64,000 nucleotides of DNA from assembly GCA_963695545.1 (NCBI GenBank), contig OY968796.1, positions 3,072,001 to 3,136,000 of the forward strand, read 5' to 3'. The first letter of the stretch is position 1. The number at the start of each line of letters is the position of its first letter. The position numbers and the translations under genes were made by a program. The notes below the pieces were generated by a model. It was not told the origin of the DNA and did no database searches. It saw only the letters and a program-made list of their open reading frames with translations. Below are positions 1-9,160 of this stretch, one piece after another. The DNA is from Terriglobia bacterium (GTDB lineage Bacteria > Acidobacteriota > Terriglobia > Acidiferrales > UBA7541).

Positions 1-568
1 CAGCCACCACCGCCGCGCGAATCAGCGCCGCCGTTTTCGAGCGATGGATATATTCAAGCTGGTCCGCCGTCACGCGCTTTCCCTCGGCTTCGATGTCCGC
101 CACTTGTCCGCCGACCATCCCGCGCGTACCGGCCGCGCGCGCCACTTCCGCCAGCACCGCCGCGCGCCGACCCGCATCGAGCGGCGCCGTCGCCAGCACT
201 TCAAACGCGAGCGTCAGCAGCGCATCGCCCGCCAGAATCGCGAGCGCCTCCGTAAATTGTTTGTGGCACGTCGGTTTCCCGCGGCGCAAATCGTCGTTAT
301 CGAGCGCCGGCAAATCGTCATGAATCAGCGAATAGGTGTGGATGAATTCAAACGCGCAAGCCGCCGGCAGCGCCGCAGAAATGTCGGCGGCGAAAATGCG
401 CGCCGCTTCGAGACACAAAATCGGCCGCACTCTTTTTCCGCCCGCGAATACGCTGTAGCGCATCGCCCGGTGAATCGACGGCGGCGGCGTGGTGGCAGCG
501 GGCAGCAACTGTTCGAGCGATTGCTCGACCAGTTGCCGATCCTGCTCGAAAAATTCTGGGAGTTTCAT
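1..568 (-). CDS. ispA: Polyprenyl (farnesyl diphosphate) synthase, 3' end runs off the window
   Basis: Not in the ORF track; translated by hand from the ATG at 568 ([10 protein letters not shown]...). Has [52 protein letters not shown]; lies directly downstream of xseB. Confidence 0.93.
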   Translation of the reverse strand, partial: MKLPEFFEQDRQLVEQSLEQLLPAATTPPPSIHRAMRYSVFAGGKRVRPILCLEAARIFAADISAALPAACAFEFIHTYSLIHDDLPALDNDDLRRGKPTCHKQFTEALAILAGDALLTLAFEVLATAPLDAGRRAAVLAEVARAAGTRGMVGGQVADIEAEGKRVTADQLEYIHRSKTAALIRAAVVA

Positions 569-611
569 CGGATGGCCCGGCAGGGAATCAAGTGCAACGC
601 ACGCGGCGCCG

Positions 612-944
612 TCAGGGCTCGTCGTCGGGACCTTCGAGGCCTTCGTCGTCTTCATCGTCCTCGTCGTCCTCGGCGGCTTTCGCGGCGCCCTCCGGCTCAA
701 ACGGTTCCGCGACCACTTCGCCGCCCGCCTTCTTCAACAGAATTTCGACCTTGCCTTCGGCCTGGTCCAATTGCTTCTGGCAATCGCGCGAAAGCGCCAC
801 GCCTTCCTCGAAAAGTTTCATCGCGTCATCGAGCGAAAGCGTCGCGCTCTCCAGACGCCGCACAATTTCTTCCAGGCGGGCGAGCGATTGCTCGAACCCC
901 GGTTTCTTTCCCGGCTCGGGCTTTTTGGTTGGTGCCGGATTCAC
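612..944 (-). CDS. xseB: Exodeoxyribonuclease VII small subunit, with acidic C-terminal tail
   Basis: [16 protein letters not shown]...[16 protein letters not shown]...C...L..AE.KV motif; xseB-ispA synteny. Confidence 0.93.
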   Translation of the reverse strand: MNPAPTKKPEPGKKPGFEQSLARLEEIVRRLESATLSLDDAMKLFEEGVALSRDCQKQLDQAEGKVEILLKKAGGEVVAEPFEPEGAAKAAEDDEDDEDDEGLEGPDDEP

Positions 945-1191
945 AGCGAGGCAACCTCGTCGTCGTTCGTTCTGTCGTCGAACGTAGACAGCATTCTAAG
1001 GCACGCCGAAGAACCGAGACAACGCCTTTGTGCGGGCCCAGCGCCTCGACGGCGCCGAAGCGCGTCACGTGCCGAATCCAGCTCGTGCGCGCGAGAACGC
1101 CGCTCGAAACGCGCCGAACGGTACTAGAATCGTCCCCACGGCAACGTGACGCCATCCACATCATGACGCCATCCACCGAGCGCATCCTCCG

Positions 1192-2574
1192 ATGATCGGC
1201 CTGCGCCTGCTCGGCATCTTCGCGCTCGTCCTCATCAACGGCTTCTTCGCCGCCGCGGAATTTTCGCTCGTCGCGGTTCGACTCTCTCGCGTGCGCCAGT
1301 TGGTCGAAAAAGGCAGCACACGCGCCCGCGTCGTCGAACGCCTCACCGGCCAACTCGATCGCGTGGTCTCCGGCGTGCAAGTCGGCATCACGCTCACCAG
1401 CCTCGGCCTCGGCGCCCTGGGCGAACTCACACTCGCGGCCTTCTTGCGCCCCATGCTCGCCTGGCTGCCGGGCCGCCCTGCGGTTGTCGTGCTTCACGCC
1501 ATTTCGCTGGTGCTTGCGTTCGCTCTCTTGACCATGCTGCACGTCGTGCTCGGCGAGCTTGTGCCGAAATCGCTCAGTTTGCAACGCGCCGAACGCGTGG
1601 CGCTGATGATCGCGCTCCCCTTCGATTGGTATCTCCACACCTTCCGTTGGGCCATCGATTTCCTCGACGGTTTGAGCCGCGTGGTTCTTCGCGTCCTCGG
1701 CGGACGCGGCGGCCACAGCCACACCCTCGTTCATTCCGCTGAAGAACTCGAAATTCAGGTCCAGCAAGCGCGCGAGCGCGGCCTTCTTTCGCAGAGCGAA
1801 GAAAAGTTCATCCTCAGCGCGATCCAACTCGGCCAGCTCCGCGTGCGCGAAATCATCGTGCCGCGTCCCGATATGCACGTCCTCCCCGTGGAAGCCGATC
1901 TCGAGGAAACTCTTCGCGTCTTCGTCACCACGCAGCGCTCGCGCATTCCCGTTTACGAAGGCTCGGTCGATCACTTGCTCGGCTTCGTGCATATCAAAGA
2001 CATGCTCTGGGTTCTTCTCGATCGGCAGCGCCGCGCCGAAGAAGGCGTGCCGCCTCCCACGTTCGATCTGCGCCGCCTTCTGCGCGAGCTGCCCATCATT
2101 CCCGAAAGCAAATCCGCCGCGGAACTCCTCACCGAACTCCGCGCGCATCGCGCCGGCATGGCCGCTGTCGTGGACGAATTCGGCAGCATCCTTGGTCTTG
2201 TCACACTCGAAGATTTGATCGAGCAGGTGGTCGGCGAAATTCACGATGAATTCGACGTCGTCGAGCGCCCGCAAGTCGTTGGCCGCGGTCCGGATCCCGC
2301 GATGATTTTTGACGCTTCACTTCCCGTGCGCGATCTCGCGTCGCAATACGATATCGAGCTGCCCGAAGATCCCGCTTACGCCACCGTCGGCGGTTTTGTT
2401 CTGAACCAATTGCAATTCATCCCGCGCGGCGGCGAAACGTTTGAATTCGGCGGCTATCGTTTCACCGTCGTCGAAATGGATCGCCGTCGCGTGGCTCGCG
2501 TGAAGATCGAGCGCCTGAAGCCCGCCGCGGCCCACGAAGCGGCCAACACTCCTCGTTCCGCGGGCGACGCATGA
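1192..2574 (+). CDS. HlyC/CorC family (CNNM-CBS-CBS-CorC) membrane protein
   Basis: NGFFAAAEFSLV, QVGITL, GELVPKS, SRIPVY, VVDEFG..GLVTLEDLIEQVVGEI.DE, YATVGGF. Confidence 0.93.
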   Translation: MIGLRLLGIFALVLINGFFAAAEFSLVAVRLSRVRQLVEKGSTRARVVERLTGQLDRVVSGVQVGITLTSLGLGALGELTLAAFLRPMLAWLPGRPAVVVLHAISLVLAFALLTMLHVVLGELVPKSLSLQRAERVALMIALPFDWYLHTFRWAIDFLDGLSRVVLRVLGGRGGHSHTLVHSAEELEIQVQQARERGLLSQSEEKFILSAIQLGQLRVREIIVPRPDMHVLPVEADLEETLRVFVTTQRSRIPVYEGSVDHLLGFVHIKDMLWVLLDRQRRAEEGVPPPTFDLRRLLRELPIIPESKSAAELLTELRAHRAGMAAVVDEFGSILGLVTLEDLIEQVVGEIHDEFDVVERPQVVGRGPDPAMIFDASLPVRDLASQYDIELPEDPAYATVGGFVLNQLQFIPRGGETFEFGGYRFTVVEMDRRRVARVKIERLKPAAAHEAANTPRSAGDA

Positions 2575-3491
2575 CGCGCAAAATCCTCCAGCGCATCGCC
2601 TACACGCTGCCCGCCGTCTGGCTGATTCTTACGACGGTTTTTTTATTGATTCACATCGTTCCCGGCGATCCCGTGGTGCAAATGCTTGGCGAAGACGCCA
2701 GCGCCCAAGATCTCTCGCAGCTTCGCCACGCACTCGGCCTCGACGCGCCGCTCGGCACGCAGTACCTGCGCTATCTTTCCGGATTATTTCGCGGCGATTG
2801 GGGCAAGTCTTTCCATTTCGGCAGTTCCGTCTCCGCCATCGTGTTCCAGCATTTTCCGGCCACGCTCGAATTGGCGCTGGCCGGTTTGTTCGTGTGCCTG
2901 ATCATCGCGGTTCCCGCCGGCGTTTATTCCGCCGCGCACCAGGGAAGTGCAGGCGATCACGCCGCCTCGGTATTCACGCTGCTCGGCCTTTCGCTGCCGA
3001 ATTTCGCGCTTGGCCCGCTGCTGATTCTCGCTTTCTCGATCGAGCTCGGATGGCTGCCCGTCTCCGGCCGCGGCGGCATCGCGCATTTGATTTTGCCCGC
3101 CGTAACGCTCGGCGCTGCGCTCGCCGCCATTCTCACGCGGATGGTGCGCGCCTCGATGATCGAAGAATTGTCCAGCGACTACGTGCGCACCGCGCGCGCC
3201 AAAGGCTTGTCGGAGCGCCGCGTGCTTTTCCGCCACGCGCTGCCCAACGCGCTGATCCCCATCATCACCATCGTCGGCCTGCAATTCGGCGCGCTGCTCG
3301 CCGGCACAATCGTCACGGAAACAATTTTTTCCTGGCCCGGCATCGGCCGCCTCGCCGTGCAAGCCATCACCGAGCGCGATTATCCGCTTCTGCAGGGCTG
3401 CATCCTGGTGATCGCGCTTTCCTGCGTGCTTGTGAATTTGCTCACTGACTTAATCTACGCCGTGATCGACCCGCGGGTGCGCGTCGAATGA
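2571..3491 (+). CDS. Peptide/nickel ABC transporter permease (DppB/OppB-like)
   Basis: PGDPV, LGLD.PL..QY, DYVRTARAKGL (EAA loop), ETIFSWPGIG, RDYPLLQG, DPRV; ATGA overlap with the upstream gene. Confidence 0.93.
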   Translation: MTRKILQRIAYTLPAVWLILTTVFLLIHIVPGDPVVQMLGEDASAQDLSQLRHALGLDAPLGTQYLRYLSGLFRGDWGKSFHFGSSVSAIVFQHFPATLELALAGLFVCLIIAVPAGVYSAAHQGSAGDHAASVFTLLGLSLPNFALGPLLILAFSIELGWLPVSGRGGIAHLILPAVTLGAALAAILTRMVRASMIEELSSDYVRTARAKGLSERRVLFRHALPNALIPIITIVGLQFGALLAGTIVTETIFSWPGIGRLAVQAITERDYPLLQGCILVIALSCVLVNLLTDLIYAVIDPRVRVE

Positions 3492-4357
3492 CATATCGCA
3501 ACAACCTCGGCCAATTCCTGCGCAGCAGCCGCCTCGGCCGCTGGGGCGCGGCGCTGGCGTTGCTGCTTGTCGTCTCGGCGATTGCCGCGCCGTGGATCGC
3601 GCGTCAAAATCCCGCCGCGCAAGACTTGCCGAACCGCTTGATGTCCCCCAGCGCTGCTCATTGGTTCGGCACCGACGAACTCGGGCGCGACATTTTCTCG
3701 CGCACGCTCTACGGCGCGCGCGTTTCGCTGACGGTGGGGATTTCCGTAGTGATCGGCGCGGGACTCGTCGGCCTCGCGATCGGTTGCCTCGCCGGCTATT
3801 TCGGCGGCGCGCTCGACCGCTTCGTGAACATCATCCTCATCAACACTTTTCTTTCATTCCCCGGCGTGCTTCTCGCGATCGCGCTCGCCGCATCGCTCGG
3901 CCCCGGCTTGCGCAATGTGATCATCGCGCTCGTGATCACAGGCTGGGCCGGCTACGCGCGCCTCGCGCGCGCGCAAGTTTTAAAAGTGAAGGAATTGGAT
4001 TTCATCGCCGCCGCGCGTTCTCTCGGTGCCTCCGACGCTCGCATCCTCTGGCGCCATTTGTTGCCAAACACCATCCAGCCCGTGCTGATTCAAGCCACCA
4101 TCGGCATGGCCAGTGCCATCCTCGCCGAATCCACGCTCAGTTTTCTCGGCCTTGGCGTCCTCGCGCCCACGCCAAGCTGGGGCGCGATGCTCAACGACGC
4201 GCGCAATCATCTCTTCGATGCGCCGCACATGATCGTTTTCCCCGCGCTCGGAATCATGGCCGCCGTGCTCTCATTCAATCTGCTCGGCGACGCCCTCCGC
4301 GATTGGCTCGATCCACGCACGCGCTCTTTCCTAATTACGCAAGACCTCGCGCGATGA
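3488..4357 (+). CDS. Peptide/nickel ABC transporter permease (DppC/OppC-like)
   Basis: HWFGTDELGRDIFSR..YGARVSL, FIAAARSLGAS, HLLPN, ESTLSFLGLG, PSWG.ML, GDALRDWLDPR. Confidence 0.93.
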   Translation: MTYRNNLGQFLRSSRLGRWGAALALLLVVSAIAAPWIARQNPAAQDLPNRLMSPSAAHWFGTDELGRDIFSRTLYGARVSLTVGISVVIGAGLVGLAIGCLAGYFGGALDRFVNIILINTFLSFPGVLLAIALAASLGPGLRNVIIALVITGWAGYARLARAQVLKVKELDFIAAARSLGASDARILWRHLLPNTIQPVLIQATIGMASAILAESTLSFLGLGVLAPTPSWGAMLNDARNHLFDAPHMIVFPALGIMAAVLSFNLLGDALRDWLDPRTRSFLITQDLAR

Positions 4358-4400
4358 GTCTTGCGTGCGATCAATTGTTGGAAATGAGAGTCCAGAAAAA

Positions 4401-5201
4401 TCAGGAAGGAGTGCGTGACAAAACAACTTCCGAGCCGCGGCTCGCGCCCAGCGCTTTCGCTGCGTTGCCCTTGTTTACCGCGATCTCGACGTACCCGCTT
4501 GATCCGATCAGCGCCACAGGCTCCGCGGAATTTCCTTCGCCAAACGTGGCCACAAATCGCTCCACGCTTTTTCCGCCGACCTGCAATTTTATTTTGCCGG
4601 TCGCCACAGTGGCCTCCGGCAAATCTTCTGCGCGCAAATTCGTCATCAGGTTGCCGAACGCATCCACGTGCAGCACGACTGCTTTCAGCGAATCTCCAGC
4701 GGCCTTCGGTTTCGGCAACACGAACCGCGTGAAGTCCGTAATTTCCTCGCCGAACGATTCCGTCGCCCAAGCCTTGGAGAGATACGCCGCAACCGGCGCG
4801 AAAACGTCTCGCCCGTGGAATGTCGGACTCACCGGCTCGAGAAAATTGTGGCTGGCCGTGACATGTCGCACCACCACGCCCGGATCGCGGTCATAGACCA
4901 TCGAAAGCACGCCGTTGTCCGGCGCAATAAAATATTGATTGTCGGCCGAAACCAGCAGCGGCCGCCGCGCCGTGCCCACGCCCGGGTCCACGATCACGAT
5001 GTGAATGGTTCGCGCCGGAAAATAGGGATACACCGAGCCGATCGTCAGCGCCCCATCGAGCAAATCATACGGCGCTACATGGTGCTGGATATCGATGATG
5101 CGCGCGCTCGGATTGATCCCCAGAATCACGCCCTTCATCGCCGCGACCAAATGGTCGGAAGTGCCGAAATCGGTGGTCAGCGTAATCAGTGGATCGGGCA
5201 C
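4401..5201 (-). CDS. SAM hydroxide adenosyltransferase (DUF62; chlorinase/fluorinase superfamily)
   Basis: GTG start at 5201 after a GAGGGAG RBS; LTTDFG, VDPGVGTARR, APDNG, TFHGRDVFAP, DAFGNL.TN, GSSGYVEIAVN. Confidence 0.9.
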   Translation of the reverse strand: MPDPLITLTTDFGTSDHLVAAMKGVILGINPSARIIDIQHHVAPYDLLDGALTIGSVYPYFPARTIHIVIVDPGVGTARRPLLVSADNQYFIAPDNGVLSMVYDRDPGVVVRHVTASHNFLEPVSPTFHGRDVFAPVAAYLSKAWATESFGEEITDFTRFVLPKPKAAGDSLKAVVLHVDAFGNLMTNLRAEDLPEATVATGKIKLQVGGKSVERFVATFGEGNSAEPVALIGSSGYVEIAVNKGNAAKALGASRGSEVVLSRTPS

Positions 5202-5432
5202 AGCGTTTTCTCCCTCGCGCGCGCCGCGTTTGGCAGCGCAAGCCGCCGCACGCGCGGCTTTTTCCACGCTAACGGACGCTCCGTTTCCTGTCAAAGACAT
5301 CGCCGCGCCGCGTGCCCCAACCGCCACGGCGCACTTGCGTCGCACGCGGCCGCTGCCTTGACCCGTCACTCCAGCAACGATATTCTGGATTGGAACGACT
5401 TGCGGCTGCGCCCGCCGACTGTGGCTCGCCCC

Positions 5433-6605
5433 ATGCGACGCATCTACCTCGATAACAACGCAACTACCCCCGTGGACCCTGCGGTCCTCGAAGCGATCTT
5501 GCCGTTCTTCGCGCAGGAATATGGCAATGCCAGCTCGATTCACGGTTTCGGGCAGAAATGTCGCGCTGCGGTCGAGCAAGCGCGCGATGAGGTCGCGCAG
5601 CTTCTAAACGCGCGCGCGTCCGAGATCGTCTTCACCAGCGGCGGCACGGAATCGAACAATCAGGCGATTTTCGGCGTGGTTAACGCCGCGCCCGGCCCAA
5701 GCAAGCACATCGTCACCACCACGGTCGAGCACAGCGCCGTGCTCAATCCGTGCGAAGAACTCGAGCGCCGCGGCGTTGAAGTCACTTACGTAGCTACCAG
5801 CCGCGAAGGCCGCGTGAATCCCGAAGCGATTCGCCAGGCCATTCGCGCTGAAACCGTGCTGATCTCCGTGATGATGGCCAACAACGAAATCGGCACGCTC
5901 CAGCCCGTCGAAGCCATCGCCGCGATTGCTGCGGAGAAGGGAATCGCCTTTCACGTGGATGCCGTGCAGGCCGCCGGAAAAATTCCGGTGGATGTGAAGA
6001 GCATCGGCGCGCCGCTGCTTGCAATTTCCGGCCACAAGCTTTACGCGCCCAAGGGCGTGGGCGCGCTTTACGTTCGCGACGGCACGCAACTCGACGCGCT
6101 GCTTTTCGGCGGCAGGCACGGCCGCGATGGCCGCCCGGGGACGGAAAACGTTCCCGGAATTGTCGGCCTCGGAAAAGCGGCGGAAATCGCGCGCCGCGCG
6201 CTCGCCGAAGAAAATCCGCGCATCGCCGCGATGCGCGATCGTTTCGAGCGCGGCCTGCTCGCGGCCGTGCCGCTGCTGCGAATCAACGGTTCCTGCGCGC
6301 CGCGCACGCCCAACACCTCAAATTTGGTTTTCCCGCACATCGAAGCCGAAGCGCTGGTGATCGCGCTGGATCTGCAGGGCATCGCGTGCTCCGCCGGCGC
6401 GGCCTGCGCCTCGGGTACGATCGAGCCATCGCATGTGCTCACTGCGATCGGCTTGAATCGCGCCGATGCGCGCGCCTCCGTGCGCTTCAGCCTCGGCCGC
6501 TGCACCACGGAAGATGAAATCGATTACGCGCTCGACGTGATTCCGCGCATCGTGCAGCGTCTGCGCAGCCTCTCGCCAACCTGGCGCGAAGCGGTGGTGG
6601 CGTGA
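5433..6605 (+). CDS. iscS: Cysteine desulfurase (IscS/NifS family)
   Basis: YLDNNATT, GNASSIH, FTSGGTESNN, EHSAV, ANNEIG, HVDAVQ, SGHK (PLP Lys), RPGTEN, SAGAAC (catalytic Cys). Start moved to ATG 5433. Confidence 0.92.
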   Translation: MRRIYLDNNATTPVDPAVLEAILPFFAQEYGNASSIHGFGQKCRAAVEQARDEVAQLLNARASEIVFTSGGTESNNQAIFGVVNAAPGPSKHIVTTTVEHSAVLNPCEELERRGVEVTYVATSREGRVNPEAIRQAIRAETVLISVMMANNEIGTLQPVEAIAAIAAEKGIAFHVDAVQAAGKIPVDVKSIGAPLLAISGHKLYAPKGVGALYVRDGTQLDALLFGGRHGRDGRPGTENVPGIVGLGKAAEIARRALAEENPRIAAMRDRFERGLLAAVPLLRINGSCAPRTPNTSNLVFPHIEAEALVIALDLQGIACSAGAACASGTIEPSHVLTAIGLNRADARASVRFSLGRCTTEDEIDYALDVIPRIVQRLRSLSPTWREAVVA

Positions 6606-7792
6606 TGAGCGCTGCCGTGAATATCGAAGCGATTAGCGCGGCGGAAATTCCTGTGCCGGCCGAAACGCGTGCCGGACTCACCGTCGTCGCCATGAGCGGC
6701 GGCGTCGATAGCTCCACCGTCGCGGCATTGCTCCACCAGCGCGGCGATGCCGTCGTCGGCCTGACCATGCAATTGTGGGATCAGCGCCGCCTGCCCGGCC
6801 TCCGCCCCCTCGGCGCTCCGAGGCAACGCTGCTGCTCGCTCGAAGACGCGCACGACGCGCGGCGCGTCGCGCAGCACCTCGGCATCCCGCATTACGTCGT
6901 GAACTACGAGGAGCGCTTCGAGCAGACCGTGGTGAAGCCGTTCGTCGCGTCGTATCTCGCCGGCGAAACGCCTGTGCCCTGCGCACAGTGCAACAACCAC
7001 GTCAAGTTCGATCCTCTGATTACCACCGCGCGCCAAATCGGCGCCGAGCGCATCGCCACCGGTCACTACGCGCGCATTCGCCGCAATTCGGAAACCGGCC
7101 GCATGATGCTGCTGCGCGCCGCCGACGAATCGAAGGACCAATCCTATTTTCTTTTCGGCCTCACGCAGGAGCAGATGTCGCGCACCGTTTTCCCGCTCGG
7201 CGAATTCGGCAAGCAGCGCGTGCGCGAACTCGCTCGCGAGGCGGCGCTGCCCGTGGCGGAGAAGCCCGATAGCCAGGAGATTTGCTTTGTGTCGGCCGGC
7301 CATTACGTGCAGTTCATCGAATCGTATTTGGCCGAGCGCGGCGAAAGCATGCCCGACGATCACGGAGAAGTCGTGACCACGAGCGGCGAAGTAATCGGTC
7401 GCCACCAGGGCTTGCATCGATTCACCGTGGGACAGCGCAAGGGCCTCGGATTCGCCGCGGGGCGCGCGATGTATGTCGTCGCGCTCGAGCCGGAGACAAA
7501 ACGCGTCGTCGTCGGAGACGATGCCGAGCTGCGCCGCGCGACGTGCGATGTGCGCGATGTCAATTGGGTCTCGATTGCCGCGCCCGCGGGTCCGGTTCGC
7601 TGTGCCGTCAAAGTTCGCCATCGCCACGAACCGGCGCTCGCCACGATTGAGGCGCTCGATGCCACGACAGCGCGCGTGCGCTTCGATGAGCCGCAGCGCG
7701 CGGTCACGCCGGGACAAGCTGCGGTGTTTTACGACGGAGAAATCGTGCTTGGTGGCGGAACGATTATTTCTGGCGATCCTGAATCGAGATGA
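6605..7792 (+). CDS. mnmA: tRNA-specific 2-thiouridylase
   Basis: AMSGGVDS, PCAQCN..VKF, IATGHYAR, KDQSYFL, DSQEICF, FTVGQRKGLG, AVTPGQAAVFY; TGATG coupling to iscS. Confidence 0.96.
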   Translation: MSAAVNIEAISAAEIPVPAETRAGLTVVAMSGGVDSSTVAALLHQRGDAVVGLTMQLWDQRRLPGLRPLGAPRQRCCSLEDAHDARRVAQHLGIPHYVVNYEERFEQTVVKPFVASYLAGETPVPCAQCNNHVKFDPLITTARQIGAERIATGHYARIRRNSETGRMMLLRAADESKDQSYFLFGLTQEQMSRTVFPLGEFGKQRVRELAREAALPVAEKPDSQEICFVSAGHYVQFIESYLAERGESMPDDHGEVVTTSGEVIGRHQGLHRFTVGQRKGLGFAAGRAMYVVALEPETKRVVVGDDAELRRATCDVRDVNWVSIAAPAGPVRCAVKVRHRHEPALATIEALDATTARVRFDEPQRAVTPGQAAVFYDGEIVLGGGTIISGDPESR

Positions 7793-7814
7793 AAATTCAC
7801 ATCTAGATGAAAAT

Positions 7815-8336
7815 CTAGATGAAGAGGTTTTCGTCCGGGAAATCGCTGGTGGCGGAAGATGAGCGGCCCTCGGTGCGATGCCGGCGGCGCGAACGGAAAA
7901 ATTCGAGGCCGGTTTGAATGCCGCGAATCACCGCCGTGGCGGATTGCACCGGACCAAGCACCGTTTGGCGCACAGTCTTCCCGGCGTCCTCGACAGCTTC
8001 AAGCGCGCCCGTCAGGATGTGATCGACGTGGACCAATTGGAGCCGCAAGCGATCGAGCGTCTCCGTGAAAACGCGATCCACTTTCTGCGCCTGGCTGCGA
8101 GCGAGATAGGAGATTTCGGCTGCGTCAGAAACGATGGACGTGACGCGCGGCTGCACATCTTCCATCAGCACTTGCGCGCGGATCAGAATCGGAGAAACGC
8201 GCGCTTCGAGGTCGGTCGCGATGCGCTCGACCTTCGCGCTGGTTCGCCGAAACTGAACGTACATCATGGTGATGGCGGCGGCTTGCGCGACGAACGCCAA
8301 GGCGGTCACTGCGACGAAAAATGGCAGCCAGCTCAT
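7815..8336 (-). CDS. Hypothetical membrane-anchored coiled-coil protein (DUF948/YoxC-like)
   Basis: N-terminal hydrophobic helix followed by amphipathic helices; co-oriented with a YtxH gene, a common pairing. Confidence 0.65.
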   Translation of the reverse strand: MSWLPFFVAVTALAFVAQAAAITMMYVQFRRTSAKVERIATDLEARVSPILIRAQVLMEDVQPRVTSIVSDAAEISYLARSQAQKVDRVFTETLDRLRLQLVHVDHILTGALEAVEDAGKTVRQTVLGPVQSATAVIRGIQTGLEFFRSRRRHRTEGRSSSATSDFPDENLFI

Positions 8337-8470
8337 CTTCTAGCGTTCTCCAATGTCACTTGTCGCTGCGCTCTGGTACGTCAGGCGATGCGCTGGGCGC
8401 CGCTGCGGAACAACGCGCTCCGCGCAATCGTTTCAACAGATTCGTACCACCCGCCGCGGCGTTCTTCGCG

Positions 8471-8767
8471 CTATTGCGCTTTCGATTTTTCGCGCTGATA
8501 CGCGTCGCGGCCGGCTTCGACGGCGGCCGAAATCGATTCTTTTTGGTTCGACGCCACTTTCTTTCCGCGCTCGACCAGATCTTCGGCGCGATCCCGCAAC
8601 TCGCGCGCTTTGCGCTGCGCGTACTCGCGGCCTTCATCGGCCTTGTCCATCAGATACTCGCGCGTATCTTCGCCGGATTTCGGCGCGAAAAGAATGCCCA
8701 CCAGCGCGCCAATTCCGAGCCCTACCAGGAAAAAAGTGACTTTGGAACCCACTTGATTGTCGCTCAT
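8471..8767 (-). CDS. YtxH domain protein
   Basis: FLVGLGIGALVGILFAPKSGEDTR motif; GGAGG RBS upstream. Confidence 0.88.
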   Translation of the reverse strand: MSDNQVGSKVTFFLVGLGIGALVGILFAPKSGEDTREYLMDKADEGREYAQRKARELRDRAEDLVERGKKVASNQKESISAAVEAGRDAYQREKSKAQ

Positions 8768-9160
8768 AACGCTACCTCCCTCAGTGTTGTAATGACGCTA
8801 GCACATGCCCGACGCGGTTTCAAGGAAACGGCTCTCGCACGCGCGCGAGCACTGGCCAGCAACGCGCACTTCATTAGATGCGGAGGCCGTGAGCTTCGGC
8901 GGCACGACCGCGAACAATCGAGGGAGTCCGCGGTGCGCAATGGCGTTGCTCGCGAGGGCGCAGTGCGGGCACTGCAACTCCTCGCGGACGTTGGGCGATG
9001 ATAATATCCGGGCGTCCGCGGCGTTTGGAAATGACCGAACCCTTTTCCGGACGCGGGAATCCTGGGCGAGCTTTCGCGCGACGGGATGAGATTTCTGCGC
9101 GGAAACTGAGATCGCGAGAGATGCGGGCTCTGCTTATCGCCCGCCGGATTGAGGGTGCCT

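Noticed and set aside
44..1195. 383-aa + strand ORF, and many similar long Arg/Ala-rich ORFs across the window
   Set aside because: Antisense or out-of-frame shadows of well-supported genes (here ispA/xseB), expected at high GC; no motifs.
4668..5432. 255-aa N-terminal extension of IscS, and the extension of DUF62 to 5579
   Set aside because: They overlap the divergent gene; family motifs begin at 5433 and 5201 respectively.
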